From positions 15,619-79,618 of the forward strand of contig JBCNNR010000018.1 of assembly GCA_039594295.1 (NCBI GenBank): 64,000 nt of DNA, given 5' to 3'. The notes under the pieces are model-generated. The model was not told the DNA's origin. It ran no database searches and saw only the letters and a program-made list of their open reading frames with translations. Each line of letters opens with the position of its first letter. Position 1 is the stretch's first letter. Positions 27,198 to 38,038 of the stretch are shown piece by piece. The DNA comes from Bdellovibrio sp. Lineage in GTDB: Bacteria; Bdellovibrionota; Bdellovibrionia; Bdellovibrionales; Bdellovibrionaceae. The translations under genes were made by a program, and so were the position numbers.

Positions 27198-27922
27198 TGA
27201 AACATAAAATTCGCTTGGGCGTGAACGTCGATCACGTCGCTACACTTCGTCAGGTTCGTGGTGGCACAACGGCTTACCCGAACCTTTTGGATATGGTTAA
27301 AAAGTCTGTTAAGGGCGGAGCTGAACAAATCACGATTCACTTACGCGAGGACCGTCGACATATTCAATTAAGTGATTTGAAAGAACTCTCTAAGACTTGT
27401 CCGGTGCCATTGAATTTGGAAATGGCGGCGACTTCGCAAATGGTCGCGTTCGCGAAAAAGTACCGTCCTCAATGGGTGTGCTTTGTTCCCGAAAAACGTG
27501 CCGAGCTGACCACTGAGGGCGGCCTGGATGTTAAGAAGGGCTATAAAAAAATGCTTCCAATGGTTGAGAAGCTTCAACGTATCGGCATTGAGATCTCCAT
27601 GTTCATTGAGCCTTCCATCGAACAAGTGGAAGCCTCGTTTGAAGTGGGTGCAGATGCTGTCGAATTTCACACCGGCAAATGGGTTCACCTGAAAGGTGCA
27701 GCCAAAGCCAAAGAATGGAAACGGCTGGTGGAAGCTGCTGAATGGGCAAACTATTTGGGTTTGAATGTTCACGCGGGGCACGGCCTGGATTACGCTCATT
27801 CCAAAGAGATCAACAAGCTTCCTTATCTTCAGGAAGTGAATATCGGCCACTCGTTGGTTTGCTATGCGCTGGAAGATGGTATGGAAACAGCTGTTAAGAA
27901 AATGCGTAAAATCTTAAAGTAA
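27197..27922 (+). CDS. pdxJ: Pyridoxine 5'-phosphate synthase
   Basis: LGVNVDHVATLRQ, HLREDRRHI, VPEKR.ELTTEGGL, VEFHTG, HAGHGL, EVNIGH. Confidence 0.97.
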   Translation: MKHKIRLGVNVDHVATLRQVRGGTTAYPNLLDMVKKSVKGGAEQITIHLREDRRHIQLSDLKELSKTCPVPLNLEMAATSQMVAFAKKYRPQWVCFVPEKRAELTTEGGLDVKKGYKKMLPMVEKLQRIGIEISMFIEPSIEQVEASFEVGADAVEFHTGKWVHLKGAAKAKEWKRLVEAAEWANYLGLNVHAGHGLDYAHSKEINKLPYLQEVNIGHSLVCYALEDGMETAVKKMRKILK

Positions 27923-27928
27923 AGCTTC

Positions 27929-28378
27929 ATGTCTTCTATTCTGAACTCTCAACGTCACATTCATTCACAGCAGGAACTTAAAGTGTTTTGGCAGGAGTTT
28001 CTGCCACACTTAAGTGATCGCTGTGTTTTGCTTTTAAGTGGCGATGTGGGGGCAGGGAAGACCACCTCTGTTCAGGCTATCGCTGAAATATTAGGAATGA
28101 AAGACGTGCAGTCGCCGTCTTTCGCCATTCACCTGCGCTATGAAAATGCCCAAGGTAAATCCATGGATCACCTGGATTTATACCGTCTGGATGACGACGA
28201 CGATCTGGAAAGCTCGGGCTTTTGGGATCTGTTTGCCCCGAAAAAAGGCTTCGTTGTGATCGAGTGGGCCCAGCGCTTGGACTATGATTATCTCCCTTTA
28301 AACTGGCAACGAGTCGAAGTCAGTATCACCAAAGGCCCCTCTGAAACCGACCGAAATATCACCTGCCGTTTGCTCTAA
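27929..28378 (+). CDS. tsaE: tRNA threonylcarbamoyladenosine biosynthesis ATPase TsaE
   Basis: L.GDVGAGKTT, V.SPSF, H.DLYRL, VIEWA. Confidence 0.92.
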   Translation: MSSILNSQRHIHSQQELKVFWQEFLPHLSDRCVLLLSGDVGAGKTTSVQAIAEILGMKDVQSPSFAIHLRYENAQGKSMDHLDLYRLDDDDDLESSGFWDLFAPKKGFVVIEWAQRLDYDYLPLNWQRVEVSITKGPSETDRNITCRLL

Positions 28379-28532
28379 TTCTGCGTACTTGCCCGTTCTC
28401 CGGACAAGGAACAGGGACGTTTTTCGCTAACACCTGAGTTTGGGGTCAACATCTGTTAAGGCTCCTGATGGCCTATATTCGTTATAAGGCGGTATACCCC
28501 TTGCTTTGTACCTAGGCAAAGTAGAGGTAGTT

Positions 28533-31103
28533 GTGAAAAAGGTTTGTACACTTATAGTTACCATGTCTATCGCTTCCGCGGCTTTCGGGCAAGACGGGAT
28601 GAGCTCGGCTTACTCCTTCGGGGGAGCCTGTGCTTCGCAAGGGGTATGGACCCAAACAGCTCTTTCTGCGACTCAGAACCTTCGTAAGGTCACTATGCAA
28701 TTAAAGGATGATCCTAATTGTAAGGCCTTAGGCGTGTCTGTTCAGGCGGCTCTTCAAAATCTTGAGACGACGGTTAAAGACGCTTCTGATACCCCTCAAA
28801 GAGCCAGTCGTTTATCGCAATTGCCACAGGAAATCTCAGCTCTACGTAGTTTTCTTACGGCCGCTCCGGATATGAAACAACAAATTTTACGGACCATGAT
28901 GGATCGTTCGATTGAGAGTGCGACGTTATCTGCACAAGTCGATGAAACACAAAGAACTTCTTCCCCGGCACAAATGACAGCAGCCAGTGTTGGTGATTTC
29001 GGGGCGCGTTTGCAAAGAAGTACGAAGACAGGTCTTTCCCTGTTAAATCAAGTGGTGGATTCTGTTCCGCAATTGGATGAATGTTTAGCGGGCGATGGTC
29101 AACAGATGATCGGTGGTATTATCAGTGCTGCCGTTCAGGTGGCTTCGTCTTTTGCTTCCTCGGGACAGGATACGACGGGCAGTCAGATGGCGACGACAGT
29201 TGCTAAAATTTCCGCTTTAGTTCGCGAAAGAAAATATACCAAAGTTTTAAGAAAATTAAATCAGCAAGAGTTCATGACTTCAATGTCTTGTTTGATGGAA
29301 GTGACAAGTGAGTCTTATTGTCAGGCTCGTGATGGCATGCGCCTTTTTAAAAAGGGCATGGAAGATTTGAAAATTCAAAAAAGTAAAAATACAGAGTTGA
29401 GTGCGGGCAATCCTTTTGTGGGTTATTACATTCTGAATACTCATGTGCCGAATATCACTAAATGGCTTCAAAAAATTCAAATTGGTGTGGATCCAAAGCT
29501 TCCAACGGATGCTTTGTTTCAAAATAAAATCCAACAGGAAGTTGTGGATTTCTATAAAGGGGCAAAAGTTCTTCAAGGGGATTTCAGTTCTTTGGTAGCA
29601 ACGATCAAAGCTCAGCCAAGCCTTGAAGCTAGAAAACAAGGGGTTTTGAAGCTGTTGATTCAGACGGCGGACTCCATGACGGGTCAGGTTAATGGCTTTA
29701 ATCGCGACGACGGGAAAACAAACTTTTTTACCATGAGTGTGAATCCAGTTCGCATCCCATTTGATTTGATCGGTATGCAAGTTCCGGATCGTGTTTTGGG
29801 TACGGGCGGCGTGGTACCTATGTCATATGATGATTGGCTTCGTGCCAATATCGATAGTATCCCTGCGTTCAATGATCCCATCGCATTGGCAGATACTATT
29901 GGACAGAACATGAATGCCATCATCCGATCTGCCAATATTTCAGCGATCGAGTACTTCAATCGTTGGTATATCGTGGATAAAGCCGCCTTGGTGAATGAAT
30001 CTACAATTGATATCAACTACACGGTTCAAGACAGCTTAAAAGCGATAAATAAATATCTTGAAGAAGAAAAAGCGCGAATTGCAAAATATGGTGGCAATGT
30101 AGCGATCGTGCCCACAATCGTAGACACTCAAATTCGTATCAATACTGTTTTGAAAGCCTATGAAGGCATCGAAAAGATGGGCAGACTGGCGCTTGTCGAT
30201 AAGGATGGTTTGAATGCTTCCGAGGAAAAAGTCAGAGAGACTGCTGAAGCATATGATAAATTTGTGACGACGGTTTATGAGCAGTTCAACGTGATGTTGT
30301 CCCGATCTGGTTTTCTTGCGAATCGTATGGTGAATTTTGTTTACCAGGACTATGTGACCTTGATTAAAAACAAAGTTGATTTTACTCCTTATCAGCAGGA
30401 CCTGTTCGTATCATCAGGGATGGCTTCATTGGACAAAATGTTGCAAATGTACAATGGGAACCCCGCCAATATTCAAACTGATCTCAATATGGCTTTACGT
30501 GTGAACAAAGGTAATTTGGAAGCGCTGGACGGCCTTTTGAAGGACAATATCATCGGAACGATCGCTGACTTGGATCGCGTGAAAAAAGACGAAGATCCGG
30601 GCTTTGGAAGTACTTATGGTCGTGTTTTGAATGATCGCACGGATGACTGGGTGGCGACGGCAAAAGATAAAAATCCGACGGTTCGTAAGATTCTTGGAGC
30701 TCTCCACAAGTATTCCTTGGGGAATATTGTGGGCTCGACATGGTACTGGTTCAAACATTCAGATCGTTACTCTGATAATTCAGGTTCATCCTCAAGCCCT
30801 CAAAGTGAATTTGATGATGCCAGCAATGTTCAGGCTCAGTTCTGTATTCAGGCTCTGGCCTTTTATGATCAAAATGGTATCAGAGATCTTTGTCAGGGTG
30901 CCGTGCTGAAAAGCCCGTTGGCAGCAGATGTTAAAGGGATGAATGTTTCTTATGATCAGAAACTGAATGCCTACCTGAATGACTCGAAACTCACGCCAGA
31001 GAACAGAAAGGCGTACAACCACTCCGACAGAATCTGTGCCTTCCGCGATTTCAATATCCGCAACATGGCAAGATTTATGTCTTTAAATAAAAATCAGAAT
31101 TAA
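28533..31103 (+). CDS. Large secreted hypothetical protein (about 856 aa), helical, several Cys
   Basis: GTG at 28533 with GAGG RBS gives a signal peptide ending AFG/Q; long uninterrupted ORF; no motif I recognise. Confidence 0.8.
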   Translation: MKKVCTLIVTMSIASAAFGQDGMSSAYSFGGACASQGVWTQTALSATQNLRKVTMQLKDDPNCKALGVSVQAALQNLETTVKDASDTPQRASRLSQLPQEISALRSFLTAAPDMKQQILRTMMDRSIESATLSAQVDETQRTSSPAQMTAASVGDFGARLQRSTKTGLSLLNQVVDSVPQLDECLAGDGQQMIGGIISAAVQVASSFASSGQDTTGSQMATTVAKISALVRERKYTKVLRKLNQQEFMTSMSCLMEVTSESYCQARDGMRLFKKGMEDLKIQKSKNTELSAGNPFVGYYILNTHVPNITKWLQKIQIGVDPKLPTDALFQNKIQQEVVDFYKGAKVLQGDFSSLVATIKAQPSLEARKQGVLKLLIQTADSMTGQVNGFNRDDGKTNFFTMSVNPVRIPFDLIGMQVPDRVLGTGGVVPMSYDDWLRANIDSIPAFNDPIALADTIGQNMNAIIRSANISAIEYFNRWYIVDKAALVNESTIDINYTVQDSLKAINKYLEEEKARIAKYGGNVAIVPTIVDTQIRINTVLKAYEGIEKMGRLALVDKDGLNASEEKVRETAEAYDKFVTTVYEQFNVMLSRSGFLANRMVNFVYQDYVTLIKNKVDFTPYQQDLFVSSGMASLDKMLQMYNGNPANIQTDLNMALRVNKGNLEALDGLLKDNIIGTIADLDRVKKDEDPGFGSTYGRVLNDRTDDWVATAKDKNPTVRKILGALHKYSLGNIVGSTWYWFKHSDRYSDNSGSSSSPQSEFDDASNVQAQFCIQALAFYDQNGIRDLCQGAVLKSPLAADVKGMNVSYDQKLNAYLNDSKLTPENRKAYNHSDRICAFRDFNIRNMARFMSLNKNQN

Positions 31104-31217
31104 ATCTGATTTTTATAGAGCTTGGTCTAATAAGATTTTGTTTTTACTCAAAAATAAACCCCTTTTTCTCCATTCGAGAACAAGGGGTTTAAAATGAGAA
31201 GCATCAGGAGGAAGAGT

Positions 31218-31337
31218 ATGGACAGTAAATCCTCTGACACAAAAGATACCATCACTCCTAAATCAGAAAACCCCAAAAAATTTGCATGGCGGATCTTCCT
31301 GCAGGCCGGAGAAAGAGGAAAACACTTCTTCAATTAA
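31218..31337 (+). CDS. Putative 39-aa small protein
   Basis: Not in the ORF track. CAGGAGGAAGAGT-ATG; MDSKSSDTKDTITPKSENPKKFAWRIFLQAGERGKHFFN*. Confidence 0.4.
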   Translation: MDSKSSDTKDTITPKSENPKKFAWRIFLQAGERGKHFFN

Positions 31338-31431
31338 AAAGGTGCCTGCCACTTTCTGGGTGTGCAGCGTGTTAGCAAAAATGCATCTGCGATGTTTTGC
31401 ATAAAAGCTGTGTCCCGAGTATTCTGGCTCT

Positions 31432-31989
31432 ATGTTGTCACAAAAACCGCTGCCCTCTGTTTTAAAAAGTCCCCGGATTACATTGGAAAGACATACCTCT
31501 GCCTTGGCGCCCGAAATGTTTAAGACGATTGATGCCAATCGTGAGCATCTTCAGTTCATGCCGTGGACTCAATTCACCAAAACTGTTGAAGACTCCAAGA
31601 AATGGATCGATGTGACTTTGGCTGAATGGGACAACCTGACGTTGTTCGACTATGGGATTTATTTCGAAGGTCGCTATGTTGGCAGTGCCGGTGTTCATAG
31701 TATCAACTGGGATTTTAAAAACTGCGAACTGGGTTATTGGATTTCAAAGGAATTCGAAGGTCGCGGTATCGTCAGTGAAGTCGTTAAGCTCTTAGAGTCT
31801 GCCTGTTTTAAACAAGGATTCCACAGAGTGGAGATTCGCTGTGCCGGTTTCAATGAGGCGTCAGCTCGTGTGGCTCTTAAAAACGGCTATAAACTTGAAG
31901 GGGAGCTGCGCGAAGACTCTTTAATTAACGGAGAGTATCGCAGCACCAAGGTGTTTGGAAAGCTTCGTCGTGAATGGGAAGTCGCTTAG
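31432..31989 (+). CDS. GNAT acetyltransferase, RimJ/RimL family
   Basis: NREHL..MPW, ELGYWI...FEGRGI, RVEIRC...N.AS..VA.K.G..LEG.LR. Confidence 0.9.
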   Translation: MLSQKPLPSVLKSPRITLERHTSALAPEMFKTIDANREHLQFMPWTQFTKTVEDSKKWIDVTLAEWDNLTLFDYGIYFEGRYVGSAGVHSINWDFKNCELGYWISKEFEGRGIVSEVVKLLESACFKQGFHRVEIRCAGFNEASARVALKNGYKLEGELREDSLINGEYRSTKVFGKLRREWEVA

Positions 31990-31998
31990 CTGGTCTAC

Positions 31999-32017
31999 AC
32001 TCCGGCGTTACCGGAGT
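31999..32017. terminator. Hairpin between convergent genes
   Basis: ACTCCGG-CGTTA-CCGGAGT between stops at 31989 and 32022. Confidence 0.45.
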
Positions 32018-32021
32018 CGGA

Positions 32022-33554
32022 TTAAGCGGCTTGAAGGCCCTTGGTGAATTCGCTGGAAAGTCTTTCTGCCAGGCCTAAGGAGACCTTGTTGTAAGCAGAT
32101 TTTTCTGCAAAGCCCATCAGCATTCCCACCAATTTTTCATTGATAACGATCGGTGTGATAGTCACATGATCTGGGATCGCACCCTGGTTCCATTGTTCAA
32201 AGAAGTTCTCGTTCAGATCATTCAAAGAGATGTAACCATGGAAAGGTTTTTGTGTCGAAGCCACGATCTTAAAGATGCTTGGTGATTCCAAAGGAATGCG
32301 CATCGAAGTGTCTTTAATATCCTGGAAATTTTCATCCCATGCAAAGGCTGTCACTTGCGATTCCTGCTCATCCAGGGTCAAAATCATGGATTTTTCAAAG
32401 TGAGCTTTCATTTCTGAAAGAACGCGTTTTACTTTGTCAGCGATAATGCCACTGTTTTTCTTTTTCAATTTTTCCAAAGAAAAGCTGCCGCTTGCAACCG
32501 GGTTCATCGTTGGTTTTGCAACACCTGTAGGACGGGAAACGATCGGAGTGATTGGTTTGTTGCCAAAACTCTCTTCGCTTAAATCAGGCAAATCATCTTT
32601 GGGAGGCGGTGGTGGACCACCAGCTTTGGAAGCTGCCGGTGCCGTCTCTGGCAGAGAAGCTGCCGCAGCCGGAGCTGGTTCAGATTTCTTTTCCAGAACG
32701 GGTTCTAATTTCGCAAGACTTGGACGAGGATCGACAACGGTTCTGTCGAAAGTTTTTTGCATTTCTTCGTCACTTGCGGATTCGGAATTCAAAATATCAT
32801 CGACCGGAGTGTCTTCTGGTAATGTTGTGGGAGGAGTTGCAGCCGCCGAAGCAGCCTCTTGGCCTTCTGCAGAAGTGAACGCCTGAAGTTTTACAACCGG
32901 TGCATCAAGCAGACCTTCAAGTCCGCCCATTTCTTCACCCGCAGACTCACCATGTTCTTCGGAAGAAGATTCTTGGTCAGAACTCGATTCGTCGGAAGCG
33001 ACGTCACCCAAATCTTCGAATGAAAAACTATCGCCAGATTTTTTAGCAGTGGGAGCCTGCAAAGCAGCTTCAAGGCCTTCGGGCATTCCTGACTCAGCCG
33101 CCGCCGATTTTGCCGGAGCTGAGCTTGGAATTTTAGCTGCAACTTTAGCTGCAACTTGGGGATTCCAAGTATTCCAGCATTGTTCTAAGGCCTCCTGAGG
33201 AGCTAAAACAAAAACACAAGTTGGTGAAGAAGGGAAATCCTGCGGCGGTTGCAGACATGCCACTACCAGAATGCCATCCCACTCCGCCACAGGCAGACAC
33301 TCCACCGTCCATGAGTAATGAGTCGCCCACTTAGCGTACATTTCCTTGCGAGGAGGAGTTTCTGTAAAAAATCTTGCCTGAAGACGAGGGAGTTTATAAT
33401 GAGCCATGGCCCAAGGAAAATATTCCTCAGCTGTGAGTTGATTTTCCTTCAAGGCATAGGCGAGAAGGCTCAATGGCGATCCACCTGCCGTATGAGAATC
33501 GGTAAGTCCTTGAAGTTTATGTTTAAAATGCTCAAACCATTCTAAAGTGCTCAT
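32022..33554 (-). CDS. Hypothetical multidomain protein: GspE/MshE-N-like N-terminus, long acidic Pro/Ala linker, GAF-like C-terminus
   Basis: CLPVAEWDGILVVAC..PP resembles T2SSE_N; low-complexity middle; PSIF..V......F.G, ..PI.INEKLVGML.G resembles GAF. Start set at MSTLEWF (33554). Confidence 0.55.
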   Translation of the reverse strand: MSTLEWFEHFKHKLQGLTDSHTAGGSPLSLLAYALKENQLTAEEYFPWAMAHYKLPRLQARFFTETPPRKEMYAKWATHYSWTVECLPVAEWDGILVVACLQPPQDFPSSPTCVFVLAPQEALEQCWNTWNPQVAAKVAAKIPSSAPAKSAAAESGMPEGLEAALQAPTAKKSGDSFSFEDLGDVASDESSSDQESSSEEHGESAGEEMGGLEGLLDAPVVKLQAFTSAEGQEAASAAATPPTTLPEDTPVDDILNSESASDEEMQKTFDRTVVDPRPSLAKLEPVLEKKSEPAPAAAASLPETAPAASKAGGPPPPPKDDLPDLSEESFGNKPITPIVSRPTGVAKPTMNPVASGSFSLEKLKKKNSGIIADKVKRVLSEMKAHFEKSMILTLDEQESQVTAFAWDENFQDIKDTSMRIPLESPSIFKIVASTQKPFHGYISLNDLNENFFEQWNQGAIPDHVTITPIVINEKLVGMLMGFAEKSAYNKVSLGLAERLSSEFTKGLQAA

Positions 33555-33696
33555 TGTGTTGTTTATCGGCCTAAAAGGGGGAAAACCTGAGTCTAGGTCT
33601 AGGGTGCTTGAATTTTTTGCAGCATTGCGTACTGAATAGACGCTAAAAATATAGAGGTTTTCAATACTTAGCAAATGTGGTAGTCTCCGCCCACTT

Positions 33697-34902
33697 ATGC
33701 TTCAGACCAAAATCCTCCACTATTTCGACCACAATGCGACCACTCCGGTTTGCGCGGAAGTGATCGCCGCTCTGCCTGAGTTTGCGACCGCTGGTGGGAA
33801 TCCCAGTTCGATTCATTGGGGTGGAAGACAGCCAAAAAATCTGATTCGTGATGCGCGTAAATCCATCGCTGAAGCCTTAAACATTTCTCCACTGGAAATC
33901 GTTTTCACGTCTGGTGGCAGTGAAGCGAACAACACCGTGCTAAAGGGGTTGTTCGATTACTATCACACGGCTCAATTCCTGACGCCGGAACAACGTCGTC
34001 GCACTCACTTCATGAGTTCCGCGGTCGAGCATCCCAGTATTATGAAAACCATGGCTCATTTGGAAGCGATGGGCGCACGGGTGAGCTACATTCCGGTCAG
34101 CCGTGAAGGTGTGATTGATATGAAGTTCTATCAGGAGCACTTGTCCGAAGATACGGCTTTGGTTTCCGTGATGTTTGCGAACAACGAAACGGGCACCTTA
34201 TTTCCAATTAAGCAAATGGCCGAGATGGCGCATGCAAAGGGTGCTTTGTTTCACACGGATGCCGTTCAGGGATTTGGCAAAGCCCCATTGAATTTGAAAG
34301 AGTTGAATGTCGATTTCGCTTCCATCTCAGGTCACAAGTTTTATTCGATCAAAGGCACAGGCGTGCTTTATATGAAAAAAGGGACCAACGTGAGTCCTTT
34401 GATTCATGGAGGCGGTCAGGAACGTCATCGTCGTGGTGGCACTGAAAATACTTTGGGTATTGCGTGTCTGGGCTTGATGGCACAACGTGCGCCACTGGTT
34501 GCTGACAAGGCATTCGAGGTGAGTCAGTTGCGTGATCACATGGAAGCTCGCATCTTGTCAGAAATTCCTGAAGTAACGATCACGGCCGTCGAAACTCCAC
34601 GTTTGGGTAATACCAGCTCTTTGGTTATCAAAGGGGCAGATGGAGAGACGATGCTGATGTCCTTGGATATCAAGGGCTACGCAGTCAGCACGGGCGCGGC
34701 TTGCTCTAGTGGAAATCCGGAACCAAGTCCGGTGTTGTTGGCGATGGGACTTTCCCGTCAGGAAGCGCAGAACAGTTTGCGTGTGAGCTTAGGTTGGGAA
34801 ACGACCTTGGCGGAAGTTGATGGATTTGTTGAAGCATTGAAAGCGGTCGTCACTCGTTTGCGATCGATCGAACATGAAGAGGGAGAGACATATCATGTCT
34901 AA
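33697..34902 (+). CDS. Cysteine desulfurase (IscS/NifS family)
   Basis: [54 protein letters not shown]. Confidence 0.95.
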   Translation: MLQTKILHYFDHNATTPVCAEVIAALPEFATAGGNPSSIHWGGRQPKNLIRDARKSIAEALNISPLEIVFTSGGSEANNTVLKGLFDYYHTAQFLTPEQRRRTHFMSSAVEHPSIMKTMAHLEAMGARVSYIPVSREGVIDMKFYQEHLSEDTALVSVMFANNETGTLFPIKQMAEMAHAKGALFHTDAVQGFGKAPLNLKELNVDFASISGHKFYSIKGTGVLYMKKGTNVSPLIHGGGQERHRRGGTENTLGIACLGLMAQRAPLVADKAFEVSQLRDHMEARILSEIPEVTITAVETPRLGNTSSLVIKGADGETMLMSLDIKGYAVSTGAACSSGNPEPSPVLLAMGLSRQEAQNSLRVSLGWETTLAEVDGFVEALKAVVTRLRSIEHEEGETYHV

Positions 34903-36004
34903 GGGAATAGCTACTTCGACGGAGTCGAAGGGCAGAGTGCTTGTTGCTATGAGCGGAGGCGTGGACAGTTCTGCCGCGGCTGCGCTGTTAGTGGAACAGG
35001 GCTATGAAGTTATCGGGGCTACTATGCAAGTCTGGGATTACTCAACTTGTGATATCGAGGAAGGCAATGGCACATGCTGTTCTTCTATCGATGTGGATGA
35101 TGCGCGCGCAGTTGCGGATCGTTTGGGTATTCCGTTTTATGTACTAAATTGCGAAGCGAAATTCCGCGCCGCAGTTATTGATCCTTTCTTGAAAGCGTAT
35201 CTTGAAGGACAAACACCACTTCCGTGTGTGAACTGTAACACCTATTTAAAGTTCGACCATCTGGTGAAAAAGATGAAAGAGCTTGAGTGTGATTACTTAG
35301 CCACGGGTCACTACGCAAAAATCGTAACCGATGAAAATGGTAAAGCCTCAATCCATACATCCACGGATGACTGGAAAGACCAAACGTATTTCTTGTTCAC
35401 GATTGATCCAGAGCTTGTGCCGAAATTGTTATTCCCAATTGGCGATATGAAAAAGCCCCAGGTGCGTGAGTACTCTGAGAAAATGGGCTTGGTCACAGCT
35501 AAGAAAAAAGACTCTCAAGGCATTTGTTTTGTGGGTGGCATTGGTTATCAAAACTTTATCAAGGGCCAAGTTCCAAAAGCTGTTTTGGATTCTAAAAAAG
35601 GTCTGATCAAACGCTTCCCAACAGGAGAAGTGATGGCCAAGCACGAAGGTATTCATAACTACACTTACGGTCAAAGTAAGGGGTTGGGGATGGATCACCA
35701 CGAAAAGCTTTTTGTGATCAAAATTGATTCTGCTGACAACACTGTTTGGGTTGGTGACGAAGAGCACTTATTTGCCCATGAAGTGGATGTTGTGGATCCT
35801 CACATGTTGGGTGATTTACAAGACGGCGAGTTGATGAACGTGAAAATCCGTTATCAACACAAAGGTTCTCCGGCTTTGGTTTTCAAAACCGAAACTGGTT
35901 TCAAACTTAAATTCCAACAACCTCAGCGTGCTGTGACTCCAGGTCAAGCGGCTGTGTTTTATCGCGAGCGCGAACTTGTAGGGGGCGGATGGATCACTCT
36001 GTAA
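34895..36004 (+). CDS. mnmA: tRNA 2-thiouridylase MnmA
   Basis: [50 protein letters not shown]. Confidence 0.97.
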   Translation: MSKGIATSTESKGRVLVAMSGGVDSSAAAALLVEQGYEVIGATMQVWDYSTCDIEEGNGTCCSSIDVDDARAVADRLGIPFYVLNCEAKFRAAVIDPFLKAYLEGQTPLPCVNCNTYLKFDHLVKKMKELECDYLATGHYAKIVTDENGKASIHTSTDDWKDQTYFLFTIDPELVPKLLFPIGDMKKPQVREYSEKMGLVTAKKKDSQGICFVGGIGYQNFIKGQVPKAVLDSKKGLIKRFPTGEVMAKHEGIHNYTYGQSKGLGMDHHEKLFVIKIDSADNTVWVGDEEHLFAHEVDVVDPHMLGDLQDGELMNVKIRYQHKGSPALVFKTETGFKLKFQQPQRAVTPGQAAVFYRERELVGGGWITL

Positions 36005-37350
36005 TCAACCCTCGCGAGGTAAAATATCAAGTTCATACTTTCGGTTGTAAGGTGAATACTTACGATGCAGGTCTTATTCAAAAGAACCTGAATGCCAACG
36101 GCTTTGCTCCGGTGATCCGTGGCGAGAAAGACGCGCGCATTCACGTTTTGAATACCTGTGCTGTAACCGCAGAGGCGACTAAAGAAGCTGTTCGCTATAT
36201 CCGTCGCTTAAAAGTTAAAGATCCCTTCTGTACGATCGTAGTTACTGGCTGTGCCGCTCAGGTAGATACAGGTTCTTTCTCGGCATTGCCGGGTGCGGAT
36301 CTGATTGTGGCGAATTCACACAAAGGCAATTTGCCGGACTTGCTGAATAAGCATTTCCGTGGCGAGCTGACAGAAAAGGTTTTTAAATCCAATATCTTTA
36401 AAAAAGAAGATTTGGAAATGGGTGGTGGTATTGAAAAACACCACACGCGTACGTTCTTAAAAATTCAAGACGGCTGTAACAGTTTCTGCACTTACTGCAT
36501 TATTCCCTATGCTCGCGGTAAGTCTCGTTCGATTTCTATCGCGAACCTGGTTCAGCGTATCAATGATCTTTACAATGAAGGTTCCCGCGAGGTCGTATTG
36601 ACCGGCGTTCATATCGGCGACTATGAAGACGAAGTGAACGGCAAAAAAATGGTGATGGAAGATCTGATTGAAAATCTTTTGGTCAGAACCCAAATGCCAC
36701 GTTTCCGTTTGTCTTCCTTGGAGCCTGTGGAAGTTTCTGAAAGACTTTTGGATTTGTATTCTGATTCCCGTCTTTGTCCTCATTTTCATATGAGCATTCA
36801 AAGTGCGAACACCGACGTGCTTCACCATATGAAGCGCAAATACACTCAAGACGATGTTCGTAAGTCTTTGCTGGCGATCGAAAAACGCGTTCCGAATTCC
36901 TTTGTGGGTATGGATGTGATCACCGGTTTCCCGACGGAAACAGAAGAACAGTTCGAAGACACTTACAAGTGCCTGGCAGAACTTCCGTGGACGAAGCTGC
37001 ATGTATTCCCTTACAGCGAACGTCAGGGGACTCGTGCCGCAGCCATGGATGTTTCAGTCTATCCGCATGTGCGTGCTGAGCGCGGGGCTAAGCTGCGGGA
37101 TCTTAGTATTGCTCGTTACACTGAACAGGCCAATTTACAAATTGGAACTATCAAAAAAGTTCTGGTTTTAAAAAATGCGGCTAAAGGTGGTCAGGGTTTA
37201 AGTCATGACTACTGGCCAGTGGATATCGCGGGTGCGGAAGCATTTCTGACTCACTGGGCGGGACAAGAAGTTGAAGTCAAAATCACGGGTTATGACCATT
37301 CCAATAAATCTCATATGGAAGGTCATTTGATCGGGGAGGTTCTGTCGTGA
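35989..37350 (+). CDS. mtaB: tRNA t6A37 methylthiotransferase MtaB (radical SAM)
   Basis: [53 protein letters not shown]. Confidence 0.93.
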   Translation: MDHSVINPREVKYQVHTFGCKVNTYDAGLIQKNLNANGFAPVIRGEKDARIHVLNTCAVTAEATKEAVRYIRRLKVKDPFCTIVVTGCAAQVDTGSFSALPGADLIVANSHKGNLPDLLNKHFRGELTEKVFKSNIFKKEDLEMGGGIEKHHTRTFLKIQDGCNSFCTYCIIPYARGKSRSISIANLVQRINDLYNEGSREVVLTGVHIGDYEDEVNGKKMVMEDLIENLLVRTQMPRFRLSSLEPVEVSERLLDLYSDSRLCPHFHMSIQSANTDVLHHMKRKYTQDDVRKSLLAIEKRVPNSFVGMDVITGFPTETEEQFEDTYKCLAELPWTKLHVFPYSERQGTRAAAMDVSVYPHVRAERGAKLRDLSIARYTEQANLQIGTIKKVLVLKNAAKGGQGLSHDYWPVDIAGAEAFLTHWAGQEVEVKITGYDHSNKSHMEGHLIGEVLS

Positions 37351-38036
37351 ACTCTCTTGAACAACGCCTGGGATATAAGTTTAAAAACATGGCTCTTTTA
37401 GCCAGAGCTCTGACTCATAAAAGTTATGCCAATGAACTTAAGAACCATACCGAGCATAATGAAAAGCTTGAGTTCTTAGGTGACGCTGTTTTGGATCTGG
37501 TCGTGGGTGAGTTTCTGTATGAGAAATATCCACAAGACACAGAAGGTGGCTTGTCGAAAAAACGGGCCTCGATCGTCAATGAAGAGATTTTGTTTGAGCT
37601 GGCTCGCGATATGGAGCTGAACAAAATCCTGCAATTAGGAAAAGGTGAGGCACAAACAGGTGGTGCCTTAAAACCACGTCTCCTGGCTTCTTCCTTGGAA
37701 GCTGTTATTGGGGCGATGTATTTGGATGGCGGTTTTACCGCAGCTCAAGCATTCGTGCGCAAAGAGTTCTTACCACTTTGTGATAAGACCTGTGCGAACG
37801 AAGACTTCGAGCGAGACTACAAAACAAGACTGCAGGAGCTGGTGCAAAAGGCGATGAAAGAAACGCCTAAGTACGAGGTTTTGGCCGAAGAGGGACCTCC
37901 TCATGATCGTCAGTTTGTGGTGTGTGTGAAAGTGAAAGAAGAAATCTGGTCCAAGGGGCGCGGACGCAGTAAAAAAAATGCCGAACAAGATGCGGCGAAA
38001 AGCGCTTTAGATGCAAAGTTTAAGGAGACGAATTAG
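37347..38036 (+). CDS. rnc: Ribonuclease III
   Basis: ALTHKS, NEKLEFLGDAVL, LEA.IGA.YLDGG, DYKT.LQE, dsRBD (GPPHD..F, G.G.SKK.AEQ.AA). Confidence 0.97.
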   Translation: MNSLEQRLGYKFKNMALLARALTHKSYANELKNHTEHNEKLEFLGDAVLDLVVGEFLYEKYPQDTEGGLSKKRASIVNEEILFELARDMELNKILQLGKGEAQTGGALKPRLLASSLEAVIGAMYLDGGFTAAQAFVRKEFLPLCDKTCANEDFERDYKTRLQELVQKAMKETPKYEVLAEEGPPHDRQFVVCVKVKEEIWSKGRGRSKKNAEQDAAKSALDAKFKETN

Positions 38037-38038
38037 TT

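Noticed and set aside
31148-31538. Track ORFs 31148-31333 and 31263-31538 on the minus strand
   Set aside because: No RBS or motifs; the plus-strand sORF with AGGAGG is a better explanation for this gap.
32600-33150. Apparent repeats in the 32022-33554 gene
   Set aside because: Low-complexity Ala/Pro/Ser/Glu linker coding, not a tandem DNA repeat or VNTR.
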